Of a stretch of 48,139 bases of DNA, positions 24,799 to 35,965 are shown one piece after another (the first letter of the stretch is position 1; each line of letters opens with the position of its first letter). The position numbers and the translations under genes were made by a program. A model generated the notes under the pieces. That model was given only the letters and a program-made list of their open reading frames with translations. It ran no database searches and was not told the DNA's origin. Origin of the DNA: Chromera velia (taxonomy: Eukaryota); assembly GCA_018398765.1 (NCBI GenBank), contig JAHBMJ010000423.1, positions 1 to 48,139 on the forward strand. The letters are read 5' to 3'.

Positions 24799-27700
24799 CT
24801 AGGGGGCCGCACCCTATATATAGGTAAATCATGACCTCTGACTTTAAAGAAAAACAGACAAAAATCTAGGAATGTTACGCAAGAAGTTTCATAAAAAACT
24901 AAAAACTAGAAATTACAGAGAATATAACAGTAACATTAGTGTTTATGTTGGGCTAGAAACATGCATTCATTTTTATGAAAAACTTCGTGTCGCCAGGTTT
25001 TGCTGAGCTGTTGGGCTTGTTGTACTGTTGGGCTTCACCTTGCCAGGAAGCTGTTGGGCGCCCAACACGCCCAATACACAACACTCCCAACAATTAGTGT
25101 TACCTTAGAAATGGAGTTACTTCAGATAGCTGTAACGTATGTCCTAACCGTCTCCGCACTGTGCTAGTAGGCGGCAGCACTGTGTTCAGTGGAAGAGCAG
25201 TCCTTCTACTCGAAATCTTACATGCCTGTATCTCAGTACACATGTATAGATAGACGGATGCATGCCAATTCGATGCCAAATATACGTACGGCACAAAAAA
25301 TCAATACATCTCGGCATGGCTCAAACACCACCCCATGAACGATCGGTCGCGCGCACAATTTAAAATCGTCCTGGCACAGGCCGCAGTACCAATGCGCACA
25401 CTCTCAATCCTGACATGCCAGACGAGCAACCGCAATTCCAACACACAACATCACGCGCGACCCCCCCCTTCGGTCTTGCCACTGTCTTTTTTCTATCGCT
25501 TCTGGCTCTGTATGCTACGTAAAAGAGACGTTCGATCGAAGATCAATAGGACAAAAAGAATCGAACTAAGGAAGATACACATGTAAACATATTCAATACA
25601 TCGTTGGCCTAAAGCGCTCCAGAAACGCAATCTCATTCAACCATCCTTCAATCAGATCCGTGCTGGCCGTACAGACCAAAACATGCAAATATTGTTCCTT
25701 GAGAAAATTAAAAGGCCATCACAAGGACAGCAATTCAACGAACAATAATGACAACTCCCTTACCATCAAACAGGTGGGTAGATTTGCGGATAACAGCATT
25801 CTTGTAACGTGCCCGCATATCAAACCTGAACGTGCAGAGCGGCTGACCACACACGCATTCCCATGAACGAAACGGGGACGCAAATGAACCGAAGAATGTA
25901 ACAACAAGTCACTTCCATGTGGAGTTTCCAAAGACCCATCAATGAAAGGAGAGAAAACAGATCTATTCGGATTCTTTGGAGAGAACAGAACAACTTCTGG
26001 GGCACTCTCCAGAGTGAAGAGAGAGAGACCCAAAACCTCCTTCCCATACTGTCTCTCCAAAACATATGTACCATGGTAGAAATCATAGCGCTGTAGTGAA
26101 AGCATAAAAGGATCGTTTCCAAGAAAATCGGGAGCGACAGAACGAGCCATCAACGTCCGATTGTCCATGTATCGCCTCATGAACCACTTAGAGGACTGCC
26201 ATGAAGTGACATTCAGGAGGAGTGCTTTCTGATATTCCTTCCATGCAGCATAAAAACGCGCGCCCCCAGGTGAACACGGACTCCCTTGCGGGAATCCCTC
26301 CACCTGAGCAACCTTCTCCCCCAACACCCGGATAGTATTTGAATTAAAGTCAACTCTAATTAAATCACACAACAGACTCAACGGAACAGAGGTAGCATGT
26401 GCGTGGTTTGCGTGTGTGGAGAGGAAAACCTCTTGTTTTTTCTTCACACACCTTGTGAGCCACGCCTCCCCGACAGCAGGGCCCACACTCTTCATAAAAA
26501 CAGACCCCCCCTTTCTCAGCACAGCAAAACGATGCCTGGAAGACGAGGAAAGAAAACAAACCAAAGCATCGAGAGACGACAAAAAGTCAGCTCGGGGTAA
26601 AGACGGAAAGTACGCCTTAATGTCATCCACCGCAATTGCAACCGAACCTATCGGCCAGCTCGGTAAGGCATGCATAGACGACGTCCTGTCTGCAACCCGT
26701 CCGAACCCACCGTTGAAGTCACCCAACATTTCTTAAAACTGGAAAACAAAGTTCAAATCACAATGTAGTGCAAAAAATTTTAAGAGTCCGTTAAGAACCT
26801 TGCAGAAAAAAGAAAAGACCCCCTTCTAACAGTGCTTTGCATAAGAAACCAACTGCCTGAATTTCAATGCATCTCACCCGCCCACAACCAAGCCATCGAC
26901 CCCCCAAGACTTCCTCTTTGGCCATAAAATCCCCGTCCCAAACTCGTGTCGTGTTCTGCTAGGAATCGCAAACTGAGCCATGAATGTCTTCATTGGGGCA
27001 GACCACAAAGATGGATCAAACAACAGAGACTCGCGATCAGCGATTTATGTTGGAGTAAGTTAAACATATGCGGCATCCGCAAGGAAGGCCCTACGCACAC
27101 ACGCAATATACATCCGACGGCATAGGAAGGCTAAGTCGCCCTTAGCTCTATCTACGGGTGTAATGACAAGCGCAGCCTTCATCGCCTTCACAACCGCAGA
27201 CCCTTTCTCAGGCAACTTGGGGCCTAAACGATACACCTCTAACATGGAAAGCCAACGACATTGTAAATCTGCCCATGCAGCAGCAGATACAGACACACGC
27301 CCCCTACATCCTTGACCCACAAGACCTCCCCTGAGTGCATTCACGTACGATAAAAAAGACAACAAACCTTTCCTCACCCCTTTCCACCCCCCAGACCCGG
27401 GCCATAGCTTAGAAGTAGTGGAGAAATTCGAGGGAAGAGAGAGAGCAGACCGGAAACGAGGAGAAAGAGAGAGCAGAGAGCAGACATGTCCATCAAGGCA
27501 GTCCAAACCATACATAATCTCGAGGGATCGACATGGGCACGCAGAACCATCGGTGCACGTCGCATCTATAGATTCCCCAGTCACTCCCCCCCCATTTACG
27601 TCATCACCTTCCCCCCTACAAACAGAGTAGAAATTATCAAGCGCCTGCTGTAGATTATGCAAACGGGCTGGCAAAACCACCACCCCCAAAGATCCTCCCA

Positions 27701-28704
27701 TACTGGCCTCCCTCCACCACTCCCTCATTACTGACCGATAAAACCGAGAAAAAGGAGGGAAGTCCGCCAGAGGCAAACGGAACGTTTTACTTCTCATGTC
27801 CTTAATCTTCTTGATGGACCACTCTTTCAATTCGCACAACCTGTCCACATTAGCATTAAAAACCGCCCTCCCCGCCCCTAATACCCCGCGAACAGGAAAC
27901 AGGCTACAGATAGACAACAGATCATTCTCACAAACAGACAAAGCCCTCAGCTGATTATCACTCATTCTCTTTTTACTGAGAAGCGACAACAGAAGCGAGC
28001 GGAAAACAAAGATTGCTGTGTTCGTAGGGCTGGAGACAAGAAAGCCCAACATGGCCCAACAGCCCAACAAACATTCCCAACATGCATAACATGTACAATC
28101 ATGATGAAGGAAATAAAATGTTTGATTCGTCTGTGGAATGAAATTGATCACTCCGAAATGACTGCCGATAAAGGGGGATGACTTGATGAATGAGTTGGAA
28201 AGGTTAAGCACAAGGAGTATGCATTTGTCTGCATTGTGTGTGCAGGTCTGTCTCCATTTTCTTTGGTGTATTGTGAACGTTTTACGAAGAGTTTCAGGCT
28301 CATACTATACCAATGTGCAGCGCTGAATGTCTTAAATGGTGGCTGTTGTATTCATATGCTTTGATACGTAGACCTGGCATGTGAGACAAACTTGTAGAGA
28401 AGGGAGAGGACCTTGTTGGGCTCTGTTGGGCACTGTTGGGCTTCATGACCTGTCATGGAGCTGATGAAAGGCCCAACAGAGCCCAACAAGCAACAAGCTC
28501 AACAAAACCTGGCAATACGACTTTGGACTGACATTTCTCAAGACTGAAGATGAACTAAAGCTTGAAAATAGCCCAACATAACACTCTAGAATGTGCTTCA
28601 TCTGCTAGTTTTAACCTAATAACTTGGGATATAATATATAGTGTAAAAGGATGTAGGAAAAGTTAGGGGTGAAGCTTAGGTATACCCACAGTGCGGCCCC
28701 CTAG
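24799..28704. mobile_element. 3906-bp TIR element (14-bp perfect TIR CTAGGGGGCCGCAC, 8-bp TSD ACCCGTCT) carrying a Penelope-like RT
   Basis: TIRs 24799-24812 and 28691-28704. TSD 24791-24798 and 28705-28712. The empty site gagcACCCGTCTgaag is visible in other array units. Imperfect subterminal inverted blocks with TGTTGGGC/GCCCAACA motifs at ~24940-25093 and ~28410-28585. Confidence 0.93.
25593..27965 (-). pseudogene. Penelope-like element reverse transcriptase (Naiad/Chlamys-like), ~790 codons in one frame with 6 internal stops
   Basis: CPC...DGHV motif; ITPVDRAKGDLAFLCRRMY (PLE 'DKG' region); PKRK..LKFRQLVSY (motifs 1/2); DDIKAYFPSL (A); QVEGFPQGSPCSP (B); RRYMDN (C); thumb EL..L*WP. ORFs 27060..28211 and 25719..26729 are in frame (330-nt gap). 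Confidence 0.88.
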
Positions 28705-31700
28705 ACCCGTCTGAAGATAATGGCGCACAGCAAAGAAAAGAGGAACGAACACAAGGGAAAGAAACGGATAACAAAGGAAAGAGGGAGTGAGCCGAGGCTT
28801 CTAACTTAGAGTATGTGCACACATACATACACGGTGTGTCAGTGGGTGGGGAGTCAGCGCACATGCCGAGTGGGTGAGCGTGGGTCTTTTGTTCGGTCTG
28901 CCTTTCAGGCTTCCTTTTAGAGCATTCATCTTGCATAACAGGATCTATCAAAGTAACCAAGGGCAAAGCTTTCAACAAATACAACGGGGACGTGGCTGCC
29001 TTATTACCATCAGTGACGCTCTCAAAGAGTCACCAGGTCAATTGGCACTGTAAGCACAGACAGAGTGTCTGATTGCGGTATTTACATGTATTTACACATG
29101 TGCCAGCAAGAGAAAAACAGTTACCTCCAATCAGAACACTCCAGGCTGGTTCACAGACTTGCACAGACACCAACAAATCAACATCCATGTGCACAAGTCT
29201 ACTGTTGTGCAGCGGTCTCAAACCGCATGGAACCGTGGACACTGTCAGTAGACATGAGGTGACGAGCGAGCGAAGCAACATGTGCGGACTTGTATGTCCA
29301 CTAAGATGGACGTCATGTCAAGGAGTTGTAAAGCGATACGATCGGCTCACACGGCAAGCACTTATGCAGGTCTTGCACTGTGTGGCGGCTTCAAACTACT
29401 GCAGCTTTGAACACCTAGAAAATCTGCATGATCGGAAGACCGAGCTCACGTGCAGTCCCATCCACTCAATGACATGCATTCACCCTACCCCTCGTGTAGT
29501 AGCAAAGGCTCAGTGCGCAACCCACCCGTCTTGGCCCTTCTTCTTCTTCTGCCTTGCACTCGAGGAGTTGAGGATGTCCGCGGAGTCCTCAGCTTCTTCA
29601 ACTTCCTTCTGGTTGAGCATTCGTTTGAAGATAATGGCGCATAGCAAGGAAAAGAGGAACGAACACAAGGAAAAGAAACGAACAACAAAGGGAAGAGGGA
29701 GTGAGCTGAGGCTTCTGACTTAGACTGTGCACATACATATATACAGTGTGTCAGTGGGTGGGGAGTCAGCGTACATGCCGAGTAGGTGAGCGTGGGTCTT
29801 TTGTTCGGTCTGCCTTTCAGGCTTCCTTTCAGAACGTTCATCTTGCATGACAGGATCCATCAAAGTAACCAAGGGCGAAGCTTTCAACAAACGTAACGGG
29901 GATGTGGCTGCCTTATTACCATCAGTGACGCTCTCAAAGAGTCACCAGGTCAATTGGCACCATGAGTACAGACAGAGTGTCTGATTGCGGTATTTATATA
30001 TATTTGTACATGACATTGTGCCAGCAAGAGAGAAATCAGAACACTCCAGACTGGTTTACAGACTTGCACAGATACCAACGAATTGATATCCATGCGCACA
30101 AGTCTACTGTTGCGCAGCGGTCTCAAACCGCATGGAACCGTGAACAGCAGACATGAGGCGATGAGCGAGCAAAGACAACATGTGCGGACTTGCATGCCCA
30201 CTAAGACGGACGTCATGTCAAGGAGTTGCAAAGCAATACGATCAGCTCACACGGCAAGCACTTATGCAGGTCTTGCACTGTGTGGCGGCTTCAAACTACT
30301 GCAGCTTTGAACACCTAGAAAATCTGTATGATCGGCAGACCGAGCTCACGTGCAGTCCCATCCACTCAATGACATGCAGTCACCCTACCCCGCATGTAGT
30401 AGCAAAGGCTCAGTGCGCAACCCATCCGTCTCGGCCCTTCTTCTTCTTCTGCCTTGCACTCAAGGAGTTGAGGATGTCCGCGGAGTCCTCAGCTTCTTCA
30501 ACTTCCTTCTGGTCGAGCACCCGTCTGAAGATAATGGCACACAGCAAGGAAAAGAGGAACGAACACAAGGGAAAGAAACGGACAACAAAGGAAAGAGGGA
30601 GTGAGCAGAGGCTTCTGACTTAGACTGTGTACACATATATACACTGTGTGTCAGTGGGTGGGGAGTCAGCGCACATGCCAAGTGGGTGAGCGTGGGTCTT
30701 TTATTCGGTCTGCCTTTCAAACTTCCTTTCAGAGCGTTCATCTTGCATGACAGGATCCATCAAAGTAACCAAAGGCGAAGCTTTTAATAAACGCAACGGG
30801 GATGTGGCTGCTTTGTTACCGTCAGTGGCGCTCTCAAAGAGTCACCAGGTTAATCGGCACCGTGAGCACAGACAGAGCGTCTGATTGCGGTATTTATATA
30901 TATTGACACATATGCCAGCAAGAGAGAAATCAGAACACTCCAGACTGGTTCATAGACTTGCACAGACACCAACGAATCGATATTCATGCACACAAGTCTA
31001 CTGTTGCGCAGTGGTCTCAAACCGCATGGAACCGAAACAGCAGACATAAGGCGATGAGCGAGCGAAGCAACATGTGCGGACTTGCATGTCCACTAAGACG
31101 GACGTCATGTCAAGGAGTTGCAAAGCGATGCGATCAGCTCATACGGCAAGCACTTATGCAGGTCTTGCACTGTGTGGCGGCTTCAAACTACTGCAGCTTT
31201 GAGTACCTAGAAAATCTATATGATCGGCAGACTGAGCTCACGTGCAATCCCATCCACTCAATGACATGCAGTCACTCTACCCCGCGTGTAGTAGCAAAGG
31301 CTCAGTGCACAACTCACCCGTCTCGGCCTTTCTTCTTCTTCTGTCTTGCACTCGAGGAGTTGAGAATGTCTGCGGAGTCCTCAGCTTCTTCAACTTCCTT
31401 CTGGTCGAGCACCCGTCTGAAGATAATGGCGCACAGCAAGAAAAAGAGGAACGAACACAAAGGAAAGAAACGGACAACAAAGGAAAGAGGGAGTGAGCCG
31501 AGGTTTCTGACTTAGACTGTGCATACACATATAGACGGTGTGTCAGTGGGTGGGGAGTCAGCGCACATGCTGAGTGGGTGAGCGTGGGTTTTTTATTTGG
31601 TCTGCCTTTCAGGCTTCCTTTCAGAACGTTCATCTTGCATGATAGGATCCATTAAGGTAACCAAGGGCGAAGCTTTCAACAAATGCAACAGGGCCGTGGC

Positions 31701-33356
31701 TGCCTTGTTACCGTCAGTGACGCTCTCAAAGAGTCGTCACCAGGTCAATCGGCACCGTAAGCACAGACAGAGTGTCTGATTGCGGTATTTACATATATTT
31801 GTACATATGCCAGCAAGAGAGAAACAGTTACCTCCAATCAGAACACTCAAGGCTCGTTCACAAACTTGCACAGACACCAATGAATCGACATCCATGCACA
31901 CAAGTCTACTGTTGTGCAGCGGTCTCAAACCGCATGGAACCGTAGACAGCAGACATGAGGCGATGAGCGAGCAAAGACAACATGTGCGGACTTGCATGCC
32001 CACTAAGACGGACATCATGTCAAGGAGTTACAAAGCGATGCGATCAGCTCACACGGCAAGCACTTATGCAGGTCTTGCGCTGTGTGGCGGCTTCAAACTA
32101 CTGCAGCTTTGAACACCTAGAAAATCTGCATGATCGGCAGACCGAGCTCACGTGCAATCCCATCCACTTAATGACATGCAGTCACTCTACCCCTCGTGTA
32201 GTAGCAAAGGCTGAATGCGCAACCGACTGTTTTGTCTTCTCTGCAGTCCCGAATGTTCCTTCTAAGAGGCAGCCCATCCATCGCTTCAGATGCTGCAGAA
32301 GCGTGAGTATTCGGGTGACTACTTGTGAATTAGCAGGATAAGGGAGGTCCACATACATCTATGCATGCATCTTAATACTGCGTCCGTTAGGACAGTAAAG
32401 AATAGAGATTTTGAATCGGATGTGGATAAAAAAAAGAGGCCGTGCACAGTGACGGTTGAGATGCATTAGAGAAGTGCACGACATGGAAAGCAGAGAGAAG
32501 AAGTGTGGCGAAAAGCTGGGGACAGGTGGGTAGCTAGGCAGAGGAAGAGACCACAGTCTTGATTGACCCTTTCATAAATTTGAGTATCCAATAAAGCATC
32601 GAATGCACAAGCATCGATCTCTTGTTTTTATGCCTCTAGCTCTCTGTTTTAAATTTGCTCTAGCGAGCTTCTATCTCCTTTGTCTGAAAGTCTTTTGAAG
32701 TGTTCGAACTTGGAAGGAAGTGTCTCATGTCTCCCAACCTTTTTGTCAAATCAAAAACTCAGTAAGTTTTTGCTTCCGTGTTCTCTTTTTGTATGAGCAC
32801 TTTTTTTGTTGCCTTTCCTGCAGCACAACAGGAAGGTCATGTGCATTGCGAAAGCCACCTTAGGAAGGCCATGCCTAAAGCGCCTCGACTCGCCCCTACC
32901 ACCACCCCGGGCCCCTTTTCACGCACCTGGTCACCCCTCCAAGAGGTCTCCGTCCCCCTTCCTCCGCAATCCTGGAAGCAGAGCGGGGTGAGTGAAGAGA
33001 TGCAACTGCCAAATAGATTCTGGAATTGGTATGCGGGCCTGGTTCTTTAATTGTCGTCTCTACGTGGTGACTTTTTGCGTGTGGAAGCGTGCAAGCTTGA
33101 GCTGAGTCCGTTGGTTGAAACCTGTGCCTTTCCCAATTGTACTCCAGCCTGGAATTGTCCCGATTTCTTCTTCTCCACGTCATATCCCTAAGACGTTCCT
33201 GGCCTGATGCTTTGAAAGTCATGTTCATCGTCATGAAATGTATGCAGCATCTTTCTGAGCAGACTCGCATTGAGGTTACCTTCAGAGACTTCAGAGCTGA
33301 GGATATTCCCATGGTGGGTGGATAGAAGATAGAGGGATAATTGGAGGGGGGTTCCG

Positions 33357-33500
33357 AGTCTCTGTCTGTCTATCTGCCTGCCTGCCTGCCTGTTTATCTA
33401 TCTGTCTGTCTGCCTGCCTGCCTGCCTATCTGTCTGTCTGTCTCTCTATCTGCCTGCTTGCCTGCCTATCTGTCTGTCTGTCTGCCTGCCTGTCTGTCTG

Positions 33501-33569
<69 letters not shown>

Positions 33570-33645
33570 GTCTCTGTCTATCTGTCTGTCTATCTGTCTA
33601 TCTGTCTGTCTGTGTGTCTGTCTATCTGTCTGTCTGTCTGTCTAT
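33357..33645. repeat. (TCTG)n/(CCTG)n microsatellite
   Basis: Direct inspection. Confidence 0.95.
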
Positions 33646-33997
33646 CCTCCACCCCCCCACCCTTGTCTAAAGACCATGACGGTGCCGGTCTCTACGTACA
33701 GTTTCTTTTTTCCTTTTTCTTTTTTTGATTTTTGAATTTTCTTGTCTTGTTTTTTTTCTTCTCTTTCTTGTCTTGAGTGGAAGCAACAGAGGAGTAGCGT
33801 GTGAAACCAGTAATCATGTGAAAGTTTGGCAGGAGGTGGAGAGGCAAAGGGCGCTTAACTCTCACCTTTTAGGCCCCCTGCCCACGTTGTTTGATTATTG
33901 GTGCTGTTCTTTTGTCTTTGTTCTTTCTTTCTTTTTGTCTGTTACTAGGTCTGTTGTGTTCATGAAGAAAAGGAGGGAGAAGAAGAAGAAACATATA

Positions 33998-34029
<32 letters not shown>

Positions 34030-34167
34030 ATTTGTTTGTCTGTCTCTCTCATCTTCGGGGGCTCCCTGTCCTCGTCGTTTGATTGTCGTTATGTTCTTTT
34101 GTCTTTGTTCTTTCTTTCCTCTTTTTTGTCTATTGTGTACATGAAGAAAAGAAGCGAGACAAAGAAA

Positions 34168-34172
<5 letters not shown>

Positions 34173-34219
<47 letters not shown>

Positions 34220-34226
34220 TTCTCTC

Positions 34227-34287
<61 letters not shown>

Positions 34288-34288
34288 T

Positions 34289-34344
<56 letters not shown>

Positions 34345-34379
34345 CCTTTCTCTCTCTCTCTCTCTCTCTCTCAGAGTCC

Positions 34380-34410
<31 letters not shown>

Positions 34411-34495
34411 AGAGTCTCTCTTTTTCTCTCTTTCTTTCTCTTTCTGTCTCTCTCTCTCTCTGTATGTGTGTGTGTATGTATGTGTGTATGTATAT
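34173..34495. repeat. (TC)n then (TG)n microsatellite
   Basis: Direct inspection. Confidence 0.95.
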
Positions 34496-35965
34496 GTGCG
34501 AGCTTGCATCTATCTGAACTTCTCTACATGCATCAGCCCATTCGTTTATCAATCTAAACGCAATTGCCTCCTCTTGATTCCTTCTTTCTTGCAGCTTTCT
34601 GTAGGATTGAGGTGCAATGGAATTGAAGCGTATGTATGCGTGCTTGCGTTTGTGTGAAAGTGCGGGTGTCTATGCGTGCTTTTCGCGTCTTGAACAACAG
34701 AGTGGACTCCAAAGTAGGACTTAGTAGAATTCAAAGTGACTTTTAAATTTACTATATTCTAGCTTCATTATAAAGTAAAACTAGGTTACTTAAAGCAATC
34801 TAAAGTTTTTTAGAGCATTTAAAATCGTTACTTCTGTGCGAATCTGCTCAAATATGCTCAAAAGACTGGTTGATTAGCTAAGGTGCATGGTGAGAAAAAT
34901 TACGATCACCGTAGCACGTGGAAGTTAGTGAATGTTACCTGCAAAGAAATACACAGGCACAACACTAATGAATATGCTCAACAGCAACGTTTAGCGCCGC
35001 CAATCAAGTACAAAGAATTGCTTCTTCTGCAAGGGAAACAGTGTAGGAAGGAGGGCTTCACAGCTAGGCTGGTCAGACTGGACAGGAGACGGTCAGCAGG
35101 GGTGGGAGAGGATTCCGAAGAACAGAGCACAGAGACAACATAATTTTGTTTGCAAAAAACTCACACTACACGGCGTAAAAGCTTGCAAATCGTTCTACGT
35201 GTATCAATGAGAAACTGTGAAAAAGAAGGACAGGTCTGTAGGTAGATCTAGATATTCAGAGGGAGACCAGTACGGAGTGCCACAAATAAGAAAGGCTGAA
35301 CGAGTAAGTAACACTTACATTGGGATAGTATAGACTACTTTGAAAGACTGACACACACGGAGCAAGTGGAAGACATTCAAATGTATGAAAGCTGAGCGAT
35401 TGGTCTGGGTGGAAAAATGTCTGGCACGACTGAGAGCTGTGCAAAGCTTCAGAAGAGGCGGTCAAAAAATGGAGGCTCCAGCAGACTCTCCATCAACCCT
35501 CTCTCAGTGACCTCCCTTGTGCGTTTCTGTCAAGCTCCTAGCAGAACAAAGAAGCTGGATGTTGAGCAAATCATCATACAAAGCGAGAGAGCAAGCCGTG
35601 CTTCCTTAACTGACCTGCAGGTGTTCCCAAGTCTCCGTCCACCAACACTTGCAAACACAGAGGGATAGGCGTTCACGCTTTGTGCAGTCAAGGAAGCACT
35701 TCTGTCCAGCTTATTCTGCACGCACAAGGTCCCAAAGAAAAAACCAAGAGCCTAAGAACCGGCGGGTCCGGATAGGCTGACCTGGGGGTTGACCCCGGGG
35801 CTTCCAAGACTGTGACCTGCAAGGAAAGAGTAAGGAGAGCGATGAGGGCAGCAGTACTTTAATACCTAGATAAGGCTAGCAGCCCTTCCCCGCTTGAACA
35901 AGAGGAGAAGCAGCAAGTAGAAAGACGTTGGAAACAAGACTAAGACGGCTGGTGTCCACTGGACC

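Larger units (their letters stand above)
17728..32227. repeat. Tandem array of ~0.9-kb units (about 11.8 units), interrupted by a 3.9-kb insertion
   Basis: The same sequence recurs with ~890-910 bp period; exon-like block starts at 18407, 19312, 20211, 21109, 21999, 22908, 23805, 24698, 29526, 30426, 31318. Confidence 0.97.
17576..32292 (-). pseudogene. Part of a decayed multi-exon gene: unique exon 32228-32292, 11 tandem copies of a 99-nt exon, unique exon 17576-17668; probably extends further on both sides
   Basis: TTCTGCAG|HLKRWMGCLLEGTFGTAEKTK-ca|GTCGGT splices in phase 2 to CTTCAG|a-RVLDQKEVEEAEDSADILNSSSARQKKKKGRD-gg|GTGGGT (polypyrimidine tract upstream), then to CTCTAG|g-STMTGKQKKSFKR... 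Eight of 11 copies have stop or splice-site lesions. Confidence 0.65.

Noticed and set aside
25100..25294. YVY-containing ORF as a GIY-YIG endonuclease
   Set aside because: Lacks the YIG/YVG motif and the conserved Arg/Glu spacing.
28455..28575. Hammerhead ribozyme cores (CTGATGA ~28461, CTGAAGA ~28544)
   Set aside because: No convincing stem II/GAAA/stem III pairing by eye.
28691..28704. CTAG ends as Helitron 3' termini
   Set aside because: They are paired inverted repeats with TSDs, which Helitrons do not make.
18092..31515. Plus-strand repeat ORFs (e.g. MCGLACPLRRTS..., up to 216 aa)
   Set aside because: Stops and frames vary between units; splice signals and phase continuity favour the minus-strand exon.
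17728..32227. Array + RT as a CRISPR-, DGR- or retron-like system
   Set aside because: No unique spacers; variation is C/G transitions, not adenine-specific; the RT is Penelope-like and sits in a TSD-flanked insertion that postdates the array.
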